Shown one piece after another: positions 25,967 through 35,528 of a stretch of DNA of 64,000 bases. Under the pieces are notes generated by a model. The model did not search any database and had not been told where the DNA came from. It was given only the letters and a program-made list of their open reading frames with translations. The position numbers and the translations under genes were made by a program. Position 1 is the stretch's first letter. Each line of letters starts with the position of its first letter. This DNA comes from Dehalococcoidia bacterium. GTDB lineage: Bacteria > Chloroflexota > Dehalococcoidia > Lucifugimonadales > Australimonadaceae. Location of the stretch: the NCBI GenBank assembly GCA_965208625.1, contig OZ242348.1, forward strand, positions 1,233,948 through 1,297,947. The letters run 5' to 3'.

Positions 25967-26827
25967 CTATCCGATGGCGTCCGTCAACCGTTCGAGCTGC
26001 TCCAGGTCAGGGGTGACGGGCCGGAAGATGATCTCGTCCGAGCCCAACTCCTCGTGCATGCTGATCGCGTTGCGGATGATTCCCGGTGTGGTCGGCTGTA
26101 GCCTGGCCTGGCGAGAGGGGTCTCCGCCGTAGTATTCGGCCAGGGCACCGGCGACGGCGTCGTCACCGCCGGGGCCGAGCGCGCACGGCAGCGTTACGAC
26201 GATGCGCGGCTTGCCCTCCCGGTCGTTCTCCGCCCACGACTCTTCGACCTGCGTGATGATGCCCTTTGACCACTCCGCCTCCAGCGCCCTGCCGCCCATC
26301 ACGTAGCCGTTGGCGAACCTTCCCACACGCGCAATCGCCCTCGGATGCGTCCCACCGATGAGTATCTCCGGGCCGCCGGGCTGCACCGGCGCAGGCCCAA
26401 CGGGACGCTGCGCGCCCTCCAGTACCTCGCCGTTCCAGATGCGCTTCATATGGACGAGCTGCTCCTCGAAGAGCTTGCCGCGATTGCGGAACTGCGACGG
26501 CGCGACGATGGCGTCGTCCTCGCGCCCGCCTACCGCAAGCCCCAGCGAGAGCCGTCCGTCCGAGATCGCGTCTATCGTCGCGGCCTGCTTGGCGAGCACT
26601 CCCGCGTTGCGCACGGGTGCAAGCAGGATGGTCGTCACGAGGCGCAGGCGCTTGGTGATGGCGGCCACCGCAGCGAGTTCGGCCATCGCCTCGAAGTTGT
26701 CATAGGCCAGCCGGTCGAGCGCCGCGAATGAGGAGTACGGCCCCTCGTCGGCGCGCCGCGCAAGTTCCGAGATGTACGCCCAACTGTCCGTAGGCATCTT
26801 GAACGGAAGCCCAACGCCAACCTTCAT
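25967..26827 (-). CDS. LLM-class (luciferase-like) flavin-dependent oxidoreductase
   Basis: Start trimmed to the ATG 26825-26827 (AGGTGAG upstream). Shows MKVGVGLPF..., LDRLAYDNFEAMAELAAVAAITKRLRLVTTILLAP and SDGRLSLGLAVGG. Confidence 0.8.
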   Translation of the reverse strand: MKVGVGLPFKMPTDSWAYISELARRADEGPYSSFAALDRLAYDNFEAMAELAAVAAITKRLRLVTTILLAPVRNAGVLAKQAATIDAISDGRLSLGLAVGGREDDAIVAPSQFRNRGKLFEEQLVHMKRIWNGEVLEGAQRPVGPAPVQPGGPEILIGGTHPRAIARVGRFANGYVMGGRALEAEWSKGIITQVEESWAENDREGKPRIVVTLPCALGPGGDDAVAGALAEYYGGDPSRQARLQPTTPGIIRNAISMHEELGSDEIIFRPVTPDLEQLERLTDAIG

Positions 26828-26831
26828 GCTC

Positions 26832-27605
26832 TCACCTGCCCTTGAATTCCGGCCGTCGCTTGTCGAGAAAGGCCCGTACTGCTTCCTTGTGGTCATCCGA
26901 GCGACGCGCCAGCTCCTGCGCAGTCTGCGCCAGGCGCAGACTCTCACCGAACCCCATGTCGAACGACCGCTGAACGAGGTACTTGGTGAGCGACATCGAG
27001 TACGTCGCTCCGGAGGCGAGACGCTGCGCGAACTCCATCGCCGAGGACAGCATCTCGTCGTGAGGGTGAACCTTGCTCACGAGCCCCATCCGATAGGCTT
27101 CGTCCGCACTCAGCCGATCCCCCGTGTACTGCATGTAATAGGTATTGCTCAGGCCAATGAGACGCGGCAACTGCCAGCAGGAGCCGTCGCCGGGAACGAG
27201 TCCCATGCGCACGAACGCCTCTGCGAACTCCGCCTTCTCTGAGGCGATGCGTATATCGCATGAGAGCGCAAGGCCGAGGCCGACCCCGATCGCGTGACCG
27301 TTCACGGCCGCGATGGTCGGCTTCTGCACCTCGCTTACACGCAGCGGAACATTGGAAACGGAGCCGAATCCTGCCTCCGCTTTCTCCGACGCGCGCTGGC
27401 CGAGCCGTGCCTCCATGTTGCCCCATGGCAGCGGTTGCCGCTCTGCCTTCGCACCCTCCTCCTGCTCGATACGCCCGATGGTCTCGTCGAACCGGCGAAT
27501 GTTCGCGCCCGAGCAGAACGACGGGTCGCGGCCGGTGAGCACCAGCACGCGGTCTGCATCGTTCGACTCGAATGCCTCAAGCTCGGCATAGAGTTCCGCG
27601 GCCAT
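26832..27605 (-). CDS. enoyl-CoA hydratase/isomerase (crotonase) family protein; the true 5' end probably lies upstream at about 27695
   Basis: Oxyanion-hole context LTGRDPSFCSGANI and AAVNGHAIGVGLGLALSCD. The first canonical start (27605) removes the conserved N-terminal strand, which continues in-frame upstream (see finding). Confidence 0.8.
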   Translation of the reverse strand: MAAELYAELEAFESNDADRVLVLTGRDPSFCSGANIRRFDETIGRIEQEEGAKAERQPLPWGNMEARLGQRASEKAEAGFGSVSNVPLRVSEVQKPTIAAVNGHAIGVGLGLALSCDIRIASEKAEFAEAFVRMGLVPGDGSCWQLPRLIGLSNTYYMQYTGDRLSADEAYRMGLVSKVHPHDEMLSSAMEFAQRLASGATYSMSLTKYLVQRSFDMGFGESLRLAQTAQELARRSDDHKEAVRAFLDKRRPEFKGR

Positions 27606-27855
27606 CTCAGTACCGAGCGCGTTCCGCGTCGATGCGTGATCGAGCGTGATGAGTACGACGCCGTCGGTCCGCTGGACTTCGATGAATTCGCTCGTGGTGT
27701 TCTCCTTCGCGATACGGGGGTGCCCGGCATTCTATGGAGCGCTCTGCCTGCTGTCCAACGGAGCGCGGGCAGGATGCGACACATCCCAACACCTCTACGA
27801 TTGACGCAGCGCAGACGGCCTACTACGCTCACCCCAATCTGAACAGAGGCAGCAG

Positions 27856-28380
27856 ATGAGCGCAGGCGACATATCGAACGCGGCGTACGACCGCATCGGC
27901 GGGGTGTTCCAGCGCGCCCTCACCGGACTGACCATCGAACAACTCAAGACACAGCCCTCCGGACCTGAGAGCAACCCGATAGGCTGGCTGGCCTGGCACC
28001 TCAGCCGCACGCAGGACAAGAATTATTCCCAGTTGCTCGGCGAGGAAGAGCTGTGGGTGACGGATGGCTGGTGCGAACGGTTCGGCATGCCTGCGGACAG
28101 AGGCACCGGCAACGGCGACTCGCTCGAGCAGGTGCGTGCGTTCGACCCTATCGACTCGGACACGCTCATCGCCTACTTCGAGGCCGCACGCAACAAGTCC
28201 CGCAGGTTCCTCGACGCGCTCACGGACGACGACCTGGAGAAGCCGAGTGCGGCAGGTATTTCTCGAGACGAGACGGTCAAGATATCCATAGCCCGCGTCA
28301 CCGGCGACCTCATCCAGCACACCGGGCAGATCGCCTACGTGCGCGGACTCGTCGACCACCACGGCTGGTACGGCGCTTGA
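27856..28380 (+). CDS. DinB family protein
   Basis: 174 aa four-helix-bundle pattern with spaced histidines (WLAWHLSRTQD..., GDLIQHTGQIAYVRG). Confidence 0.7.
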   Translation: MSAGDISNAAYDRIGGVFQRALTGLTIEQLKTQPSGPESNPIGWLAWHLSRTQDKNYSQLLGEEELWVTDGWCERFGMPADRGTGNGDSLEQVRAFDPIDSDTLIAYFEAARNKSRRFLDALTDDDLEKPSAAGISRDETVKISIARVTGDLIQHTGQIAYVRGLVDHHGWYGA

Positions 28381-28417
28381 CAACAAGAGCGATACACAGG
28401 ATGGAGAGGAAGAAGAC

Positions 28418-29695
28418 ATGCTGACGCAAGAGCAGAACGACCGCATCACACGAGTCGGCCCCTGCACGCCGATGGGCGAGCTCATGCGCCGCTACTGGCA
28501 TCCCATCGCCGCTGCCGCGGAGCTCGACGAGCGCCCCACGAAGGCGGTGCGCGTCCTCGGTGAGGACCTTGTGCTCTACAAGGACAAGTCGGGGACGATA
28601 GGCCTCATCGAACGCTTCTGCCCCCATCGCCGCGTCGACCTCTCCTACGGCATACCGGAGGAGCATGGGCTCCGTTGCATGTATCACGGCTGGATGATGG
28701 ACGAGACCGGCCAATGCATCGAGCAGCCCTTCGAGGAGACGGTGCACCCGGACGGACGTTTCAAGGAGAAGGTCAAGGTCGCCGGGTACCCGGTGCAGGA
28801 GCTCGGCGGGCTCATCTTCGCCTACATGGGCCCCGCGCCCGTGCCGTTGCTCCCCAACTACGACATCCTCGCCCAGCGCGAGGGGGTACTCCGGGAGGCA
28901 TTCATAGCGGTGGTACCGTGCAATTGGGTTCAGTGCATGGAGAACTCCGTCGACCCGGTTCACCTCGAGTGGTTGCACGGCGTCTACGGCGCGCACCGCG
29001 CCAAGCTGGAAGGGAGGCGCGACGCCGTCGCCGAGAGCCTCGCGATATACGACCGGCACAAGGAGATCGGTTTCGACGAGTTCGAGCGCGGCATCATCAA
29101 GCGCCGCGTCTACGGCAACACAACCAAGGAATCGCCCAAGTGGAGCGTCGGCCATCCCCTGCTCTTCCCAAACATCCTGCAGCAGGGCGGCGGTGGACGG
29201 TACTTCTTCCAGTACCGCACCCCCATCGACGACACGCATACCTGGCACGTGGAAATAACGAGCTACTGGTTCCCGGAGGACATCGAGGTCCCTGAACAGG
29301 ACACCGTCCCCTACACCAACATCGAACTCAAGACCTCGGACGGTTACTGGCGCAGCGACGACACCATGGCGCAGGACCACGCCGCGTGGATACTGCAGGG
29401 GCCAATCATGGACCGCTCCGCGGAGCGCCTCGGTGAGTCCGACCGTGGCCTCATCCTCTACCGCAAGATGCTGGACGAACAGGCTGCCGTCGTCGAGGAC
29501 GGCGCGGAGCCGCTCAACGTAATCCGAGACCCGGCTGAGAACGTGATGATCCACGTGCCACAAGAGGGCTGGGGCAAACTCGGCCGCACATCGGACATCG
29601 ACGAGGTAGCGCGCTACGGCAGCGCGCTCAAGCCGCTCATAGTCGACCTGCTGACGCAGACCTCCTACGTCCAGCAGCACCACGCGACGGCGTGA
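28418..29695 (+). CDS. Rieske [2Fe-2S] non-heme iron oxygenase, alpha subunit, paralog 3
   Basis: MLTQEQNDRITRVGPCTPMGELMRRYWHP; CPHRRVDLSYG...CMYHGW; NWVQCMENSVDPVHLEWLH. The Rieske domain is nearly identical to paralog 1. Confidence 0.9.
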   Translation: MLTQEQNDRITRVGPCTPMGELMRRYWHPIAAAAELDERPTKAVRVLGEDLVLYKDKSGTIGLIERFCPHRRVDLSYGIPEEHGLRCMYHGWMMDETGQCIEQPFEETVHPDGRFKEKVKVAGYPVQELGGLIFAYMGPAPVPLLPNYDILAQREGVLREAFIAVVPCNWVQCMENSVDPVHLEWLHGVYGAHRAKLEGRRDAVAESLAIYDRHKEIGFDEFERGIIKRRVYGNTTKESPKWSVGHPLLFPNILQQGGGGRYFFQYRTPIDDTHTWHVEITSYWFPEDIEVPEQDTVPYTNIELKTSDGYWRSDDTMAQDHAAWILQGPIMDRSAERLGESDRGLILYRKMLDEQAAVVEDGAEPLNVIRDPAENVMIHVPQEGWGKLGRTSDIDEVARYGSALKPLIVDLLTQTSYVQQHHATA

Positions 29696-29718
29696 GTTCT
29701 GGAACTCCGATAAGCCTA

Positions 29719-29997
29719 CTAGGGAATTCTAGAGCGAAACGAGCGCTTCTCGTTTCGGAATTGCCTTTTATGCTTTGCGAGGCTGAATAACTCATAAATG
29801 AACAAAGGGGCAACTACGAACACAACCGGGTGAAGTGAATAAGCCCTTCGCCAGTCTCCGCGCAAAAGTGCCAATGCTGCGAATTTGACTCGGTAACCTG
29901 GGTACCACCGAATCAGTCGTGGAGGTGGAAAAACAAGGAGTCGCTGTTCGACCCGCTCTATGCCCCTTACCCACTGTCTCCACAGAGAACTGAGCAT
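29719..29997 (-). CDS. small membrane protein, weakly DUF2752-like but lacking the usual Cys pairs
   Basis: Start taken at the ATG 29995-29997, which overlaps the upstream stop (TGATG). YPGYRVKFAALALLRGDWRRAYSLHPVVFVVAPLFIY resembles the CPGCGxTRA...NP core of DUF2752 without the cysteines. Low-GC segment. Confidence 0.3.
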   Translation of the reverse strand: MLSSLWRQWVRGIERVEQRLLVFPPPRLIRWYPGYRVKFAALALLRGDWRRAYSLHPVVFVVAPLFIYELFSLAKHKRQFRNEKRSFRSRIP

Positions 29998-30275
29998 CAG
30001 TCGATTCGAAACTCCTCTTCCCTGACCTCTCCCCCCGGGAGAACCGTGATTCGTATCCTGCGCTCTTTCTGAGCGGTCCCAGCCATGACTGCCCAGACTA
30101 TACCCCAAATCAGACATGTAAATATTGTGATAATGGCGTGAAGAACATGGTTGACCCTTTGGCCGGGATAGCTCACCACAGCTTCATACTGACCCTGCGA
30201 GATGACTATTGCCCCCCGAACCACGTGCCGCGAAATCGCGTCCTGCAGCGCTTGCTGCCTTGTGTCTCCTACCAT
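29997..30275 (-). CDS. small single-TM protein, hypothetical
   Basis: 92 aa. NHVLHAIITIFTCLIWGIVWAVMAG helix. Translationally coupled to the downstream ORF. Confidence 0.4.
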   Translation of the reverse strand: MVGDTRQQALQDAISRHVVRGAIVISQGQYEAVVSYPGQRVNHVLHAIITIFTCLIWGIVWAVMAGTAQKERRIRITVLPGGEVREEEFRID

Positions 30276-30447
30276 CGAGCGCTCCTCCGGGGTGAGGTTT
30301 CTCCTTCAGGACAAGCCCCACCAAATGGCAATATCGTCTGCGGGCTCGTAATCTATGGAGGCTAGTATCGCATGTCAAGTGGACGCCACCGCGCACCTTC
30401 GTCAACACATGCCCGATACTAGTCCCTCAGACACAGGAGGCATAGCC

Positions 30448-31674
30448 ATGACGACCAATACACCATTGAACTTCGGCATCATCGGCCTTGGCGCGGGCGC
30501 GATGAACATGATTCCCGAGCTGCGCGCGAACCCGAACGCCCGCATCGTGGCGGTCGCAGACCCGCGCGCTTCCGCTCGCGAGCGGTTTGAGCGCGACTTC
30601 GGCGGGAACGCCTACGATGACGCGGAGGGGCTGTGCGCCGACCCGGGCGTGGACGTGGTCTATGTGATGACGCCTGACGAGATGCACGCCGCGCACACCA
30701 TCATGGCGGCGGAGCAGGGCAAGCAGGTCATCCTCGACAAACCGATGGGCCTGACGCTCGACGAGTGCGACGCCATCATCGAGGCGACGGAGCGCAACGG
30801 CACGCGCGTGCTCGTCGGCCACTCGCAGAGCCTCGACCTGCCTAACCTGAAGATGGCGGAGATCGCCAACAGCGGCAGCCTCGGCAGAGTCGTGATGATG
30901 CACACGATGTTCTACAGCGACTGGATCTACCGCCCGCGCGCCCAGGAAGAGCTGATGCAGGACCGCGGCGGCAGCATCGTGCGACGGCAGGGGCCCATCC
31001 AGGTGGACATCTCCCGCATGATCGGGGGCGGCAAAGTGCGCTCCGTTCGCGCTCGCACGAACATCGTCGACCCCGAACGCCCCATCGACGGCTCGTTCAT
31101 GGCATTCCTCGACTTCGAGGACGGCCACACGGCCACCATCACCTACGACGGCTATGGCCATTTCAACAGCGCTGAGCTGACGTTCGGCTACACGCTCCAG
31201 GGCACTCAGATGGACCCGGCTCTGCACGCCAACATACGCCGCCGCACCGCAGCGTTCGCCGACGCGGACGCCGAGGAGGCGTACAAGGACTCGACTCGGT
31301 ACGGCGGCTCGCTCGAACGCTCTATCGAGCACCCCGTCTCGCCGGACCGGCGGCACGCCTTCTTCGGCCTCACTCTCGTCTCGTGCGAGCACGGCGACAT
31401 GCGGCAGACGCCCACCGGCCTCATCATCCACGGCGACGACGGGAACGAGGAGGTAGACCTCCCTGCAGGCCCGGGCTACAACCGGCGCTACTGCTCGATA
31501 GAGGTTGACGAGATGTGCCGCGCCGTCCGCACGGACACGCCCGTCCGCATCCACGACGCGTACTGGGGCAAGGCGACGCAGGAAGTCGTGCTCGGCATCA
31601 TCCAGTCATCGGACGAGCGCCGCGAGGTCTTCATGCAGCACCAGGTTCCCTACACGGGCCAGGGTGTGGAGTAG
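30448..31674 (+). CDS. Gfo/Idh/MocA family oxidoreductase
   Basis: Start set at the ATG 30448 (CAGGAGG upstream). Rossmann motif NFGIIGLGAGAMNMIPEL plus VILDKPMGLTLDECDAI. Paralog at 46667-47905. Confidence 0.85.
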   Translation: MTTNTPLNFGIIGLGAGAMNMIPELRANPNARIVAVADPRASARERFERDFGGNAYDDAEGLCADPGVDVVYVMTPDEMHAAHTIMAAEQGKQVILDKPMGLTLDECDAIIEATERNGTRVLVGHSQSLDLPNLKMAEIANSGSLGRVVMMHTMFYSDWIYRPRAQEELMQDRGGSIVRRQGPIQVDISRMIGGGKVRSVRARTNIVDPERPIDGSFMAFLDFEDGHTATITYDGYGHFNSAELTFGYTLQGTQMDPALHANIRRRTAAFADADAEEAYKDSTRYGGSLERSIEHPVSPDRRHAFFGLTLVSCEHGDMRQTPTGLIIHGDDGNEEVDLPAGPGYNRRYCSIEVDEMCRAVRTDTPVRIHDAYWGKATQEVVLGIIQSSDERREVFMQHQVPYTGQGVE

Positions 31675-31689
31675 GAACCTAGGGCCGAC

Positions 31690-32283
31690 TCAGAGCAGCG
31701 GCACCTGGGGAGCCGCGGTCCTCGGCAGCAGGTCGGTCACCCGAGGGTCGTCCATGATCTCTACCTGCCTACGGAACGGCACGAAGCCTGACCGGATGTA
31801 GAAGTCCAGCGCGCCGGGGTGGTCGAGAGAGCACGTATGCACCCACAACCGGCGGATGGGGCGTGACCACGCAAGCTCCATCACGCGGTTCATCATCCAC
31901 CGGCCCGCGCCCTGCCCGACCATCTCCGGAGTCAGCCCAAGGAAGCTGATCTCACACTCGCCCTCGTTGCGGAAGTCGAGCTCCAAGAGACCTGACTGCT
32001 CCCTTTCTGCCACGAATACGTATGTCTCATAGAGCGGGTCGTTGAGGACATTCCGTAGCTCCTCGTCACTCATCAGGAGGTGCGAAGTCCAGAGCCAACG
32101 CTCGCCGATACTCCGGAAGAGCATTCGATACCCTTTCGCATCGGAAGGGTCGGCACCGGCGAGAGTCCACGATGGCTCTGAACGTTCGGACCGCGCGGGT
32201 GGACACTCGAACATCTGCAGGTGCGTGACCACCGAAGCTGTCTTGCCGCTGGGGATATCACTGTAGCCGTCTGGAATGTCCAT
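31690..32283 (-). CDS. GNAT family N-acetyltransferase
   Basis: Start trimmed to the ATG 32281-32283. Acetyl-CoA motif LGLTPEMVGQGAGRWMMNRVMELAW and C-terminal ALDFYIRSGF. Confidence 0.75.
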   Translation of the reverse strand: MDIPDGYSDIPSGKTASVVTHLQMFECPPARSERSEPSWTLAGADPSDAKGYRMLFRSIGERWLWTSHLLMSDEELRNVLNDPLYETYVFVAEREQSGLLELDFRNEGECEISFLGLTPEMVGQGAGRWMMNRVMELAWSRPIRRLWVHTCSLDHPGALDFYIRSGFVPFRRQVEIMDDPRVTDLLPRTAAPQVPLL

Positions 32284-32420
32284 CGCCCTCGAACCCAAGG
32301 CGCCAGGCGTCTGTGCCCGTCCTTGCTGACGAAGCGTACCACCGCTCATACACGGACGCGGGTGTGATAGGCTCAGCGCGCCTGCCATCAGGGAGCGCAT
32401 ACGCTGGCGCAGGGGGACGA

Positions 32421-33509
32421 ATGAAAGCAGCCGTTCTGGTAGAAGCGAACGAACCGCTGAGGATAGAAGAGGTCGAACTCGACCCACCGAAGGCGTACGA
32501 AGTGCGGGTCAACATCGCGGCGGCGGGCGTCTGCCGCAGCGACCTCCACTTCATGCGCGGCGAGGCCGTCATCGCCAAGCCCGCTGTGCTCGGTCACGAG
32601 GGTTCTGCCATAGTCCAGGAGGTCGGCGAGGGCGTAACGCGCGTCGCTCCAGGCGACCACGTCATCCTCTCATTCGTGCCGTTCTGCGGTCGCTGTCCTT
32701 CCTGCATCAGCGGCCGGGCCAACCTCTGCGACACGCACCTCGCCACCGGCCCGCAGATGTTCGACGGGACGCGCCGCCTCCACTGGAACGGACAGGACCT
32801 CGCGCACATGGGCAAGGTCGCATGCTTCGCAGAGCAGGCCGTCGTGCCGGAGGCGGGCTGCATGAAGATAGACGAGGACTTCCCACTACCGGTTGCCGCG
32901 CTCATCGGCTGCAGCGTCACCACCGGTGTCGGCTCGGTGCTGTTCAGCGCGCAGGTGGAGCCCGGCAGCACTGTGGCAGTCATCGGCTGCGGCGGTGTGG
33001 GGCTGAACGTCGTGCAGGGGGCGCGTCTGGCGGGCGCCAAGCGCATCATCGCGGTTGACATCAACGACGCCGCGCTCGAGTTCGCCACGCGCTTCGGCGC
33101 GACCGACACCCTGAACCCAAACGACGGCGACGCACTGAAGGCGATACGCGACATGACCGGCGGCGGCGTGGACTACGCCTTCGAAGCGTTCGGCTCTTCG
33201 GAGACGACCACGATGACGTTCGACGCGGCGCGCAAGGGCGGCACCGCCGTCATCGTGGGGCTCGCGCCGATGGGCGACTACGCCAGCATCGACCCGGTCG
33301 CGCTCGTGCGCTACGAGAAGACGTTGAAGGGCGCCTACTACGGCTCATCCCGGCCAGCCATCGACTTCTACCGCATGGTGGACTTCTACGAGAGCGGCAA
33401 GATAGACGTGGACAACCTCATAACGCGCAGCTACAGCCTCGACCAGATCAACGAGGCCTACGAGGAGCTGGACCGAGGCGTCGTGGGCCGCGGGGTCATC
33501 ACCTTCTGA
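32421..33509 (+). CDS. zinc-dependent alcohol dehydrogenase (MDR superfamily)
   Basis: Start set at the ATG 32421. Catalytic-zinc motifs GVCRSDLH and GHEGSAIV; structural-zinc cluster [15 protein letters not shown]; Rossmann motif [13 protein letters not shown]. Confidence 0.9.
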   Translation: MKAAVLVEANEPLRIEEVELDPPKAYEVRVNIAAAGVCRSDLHFMRGEAVIAKPAVLGHEGSAIVQEVGEGVTRVAPGDHVILSFVPFCGRCPSCISGRANLCDTHLATGPQMFDGTRRLHWNGQDLAHMGKVACFAEQAVVPEAGCMKIDEDFPLPVAALIGCSVTTGVGSVLFSAQVEPGSTVAVIGCGGVGLNVVQGARLAGAKRIIAVDINDAALEFATRFGATDTLNPNDGDALKAIRDMTGGGVDYAFEAFGSSETTTMTFDAARKGGTAVIVGLAPMGDYASIDPVALVRYEKTLKGAYYGSSRPAIDFYRMVDFYESGKIDVDNLITRSYSLDQINEAYEELDRGVVGRGVITF

Positions 33510-33982
33510 TGCGACAGGTAACGCTCACGGTCAACGGACGACGGCGCACTGCGGAGGTCGAGGACCGCGACCTGCTCGTGGACCTGCTGCGCGAGAAGTT
33601 GCGCCTCACGGGAACACACATCGGCTGCGACACGAGCCAGTGCGGCGCGTGCACGGTCCTGCTGGACGGCGCGGCGGTGAAGTCGTGCTCGCTGTTCGCG
33701 GCGCAGGCGGAGGGGGCGAAGGTCACGACGATCGAGGGACTCGCGAAGGGGGATACGCTCCATCCGATCCAGCAGGCGTTCCACGAGGAGCACGGGTTGC
33801 AGTGCGGCTTCTGCACGCCGGGGATGGTGATGCTTCTGCACGAGTTCCTGCGCCGTAACCCCGATCCGACGGAGCATGAGGTGCGCACCGCGCTGAGCGG
33901 CAACATGTGCCGCTGCACCGGCTACCAGAACATCGTCGCTTCCGCGCTCCACGCAGCGTGGACGATGCGGGGCGAGGGATGA
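33509..33982 (+). CDS. (2Fe-2S)-binding small subunit of a xanthine dehydrogenase / CO dehydrogenase family enzyme (CoxS-like)
   Basis: [16 protein letters not shown] and CGFCTPGM...CRCTGY motifs. Start overlaps the ADH stop (TGATG). Confidence 0.9.
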   Translation: MRQVTLTVNGRRRTAEVEDRDLLVDLLREKLRLTGTHIGCDTSQCGACTVLLDGAAVKSCSLFAAQAEGAKVTTIEGLAKGDTLHPIQQAFHEEHGLQCGFCTPGMVMLLHEFLRRNPDPTEHEVRTALSGNMCRCTGYQNIVASALHAAWTMRGEG

Positions 33983-34851
33983 TCCCTGCGGCGTTCACCT
34001 ATCACGCTCCCCGGTCGCTCCGCGATGCGGTGCGCCTGCTGCGCGCGTACGAGGGCGACGCCCGCGTCGTTTCCGGTGGCATGAGCCTGATTCCAGCGAT
34101 GAAGCTGCGGCTCGTGCAGCCCGAGCACCTGATCGACATCGGGAGGCTCGGCGAGCTCGACTACGTCCGGCGCACCGAGGACGGCGGCATCGCCATCGGC
34201 GCAGGCGCGACGTACCGTAGCATCGAGAAATCGAGAGCGGTCGCAGCGGTGGCCCCGATGCTCGTCGAGACGGTTCGGCAGGTGGGCGACATTCAGGTGC
34301 GGAACCGGGGGACGCTGTGCGGCAGCGCCGCACACGCGGACCCTGCGGCGGATGCCCCAGCTACGCTCCTCGCGCTCGACGCTACGTTCCACACCACCGG
34401 TGGCCCGAGCCGCCGCTCGATACAGGCGCGCCGTTTCTTCGTCGACGCCTATGAGACTACGCTTGGGCCGACCGAGGTACTGACGGAGATACGCATACCG
34501 AAGCAGCCCGCGCGCACGGGCTCGACGTACCTGAAGTTCGCGAACAAGGCGTCGCGGTTCGCCATCGTGGGCGTCGCAGCGGCAGTGACGGTGGACCGCC
34601 GGGGCGTATGCACGCGGGCGCGCATCGCGGTGACCGGCGCAGGGCCATGTGCGGTTCGCGCTACGGCGAGCGAGCGATACCTCACAGGGCGCGAGGTATC
34701 GGCGGAGGCCATCGCGGCGGCGGCGGCGCGGGCATCGCGCGGGATGGAGTTCATCGAAGACGTGCACGGCTCCGAGGAGTACCGCGAGCACCTCACGCGC
34801 GTCATCACCCAGCGCGCGCTGGCAGAAGCCGCACGCCGCGCGGGCGCGTAG
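33979..34851 (+). CDS. FAD-binding medium subunit of a molybdenum hydroxylase family enzyme (CoxM-like)
   Basis: Start at the ATG 33979, overlapping the CoxS-like stop (ATGA). [32 protein letters not shown] and [10 protein letters not shown] are typical of the family. Confidence 0.85.
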   Translation: MIPAAFTYHAPRSLRDAVRLLRAYEGDARVVSGGMSLIPAMKLRLVQPEHLIDIGRLGELDYVRRTEDGGIAIGAGATYRSIEKSRAVAAVAPMLVETVRQVGDIQVRNRGTLCGSAAHADPAADAPATLLALDATFHTTGGPSRRSIQARRFFVDAYETTLGPTEVLTEIRIPKQPARTGSTYLKFANKASRFAIVGVAAAVTVDRRGVCTRARIAVTGAGPCAVRATASERYLTGREVSAEAIAAAAARASRGMEFIEDVHGSEEYREHLTRVITQRALAEAARRAGA

Positions 34852-34855
34852 CCGC

Positions 34856-35461
34856 TTACCCCAGATTGCCCCACTTGTCCCAGTGCGTGACCTCCGACGA
34901 CGGACGGCGTGTCGTCGGGCCGTAGCGGTGGCCGTCCTGCGGCCAGCCGAGCGGAATCATCGCGGCGGTGACCCAGTCGTCCGGCAAACCGATGGCCTCG
35001 CGGATCTGCGGTTCGAAGCCCCGGCGGACGCGCGTCGTGAGCACGCTGCCGAGCCCGAAAGCACGGGCCGCAAGCAGCATGTTCTGCACGGCGGGATAGA
35101 TGGAAGCGCCGTGGTGGATGTCGGTACCAGGGTGGCGGGTGACGGCGAGTATCCACACAGGAACGTCCATGACGTGCTGCGCCAGGTAGTCGGCTGAGTC
35201 GGCAGCGCGCTGCTCGGAGGTTGTCGCGGCCTCGCCGTGGTTGGGGCGCGCGGTCGCGGGGTAGTGCTCCGCGACGATGCGCTTGGTCGCCTCATCCTTG
35301 ATGACGACGAACCCCCACTGCTGGGAGTTGCCGCCGTTTGGCGCTCGGATTCCGGCCTCGATGACCTTCTGTACGAGGTCGTCGGGCACGGGGTCGCTCT
35401 TCAGGTAGCGCAGCGCCCGCTGCGTGTACATCGCCTCGAACAGTCCAATATCCTCACTCAT
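34856..35461 (-). CDS. nitroreductase family protein
   Basis: Start trimmed to the ATG 35459-35461 (GAGGTG upstream). Shows RALRYLKSDPVPDDLV and RAPNGGNSQQWGFVVI. Confidence 0.85.
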   Translation of the reverse strand: MSEDIGLFEAMYTQRALRYLKSDPVPDDLVQKVIEAGIRAPNGGNSQQWGFVVIKDEATKRIVAEHYPATARPNHGEAATTSEQRAADSADYLAQHVMDVPVWILAVTRHPGTDIHHGASIYPAVQNMLLAARAFGLGSVLTTRVRRGFEPQIREAIGLPDDWVTAAMIPLGWPQDGHRYGPTTRRPSSEVTHWDKWGNLG

Positions 35462-35528
35462 CCCCGCACCTCGTTTCGTGGTTATGAAGTTGGAGTAACC
35501 CAGGCATCGCATCCATCGCCATGCAGCC

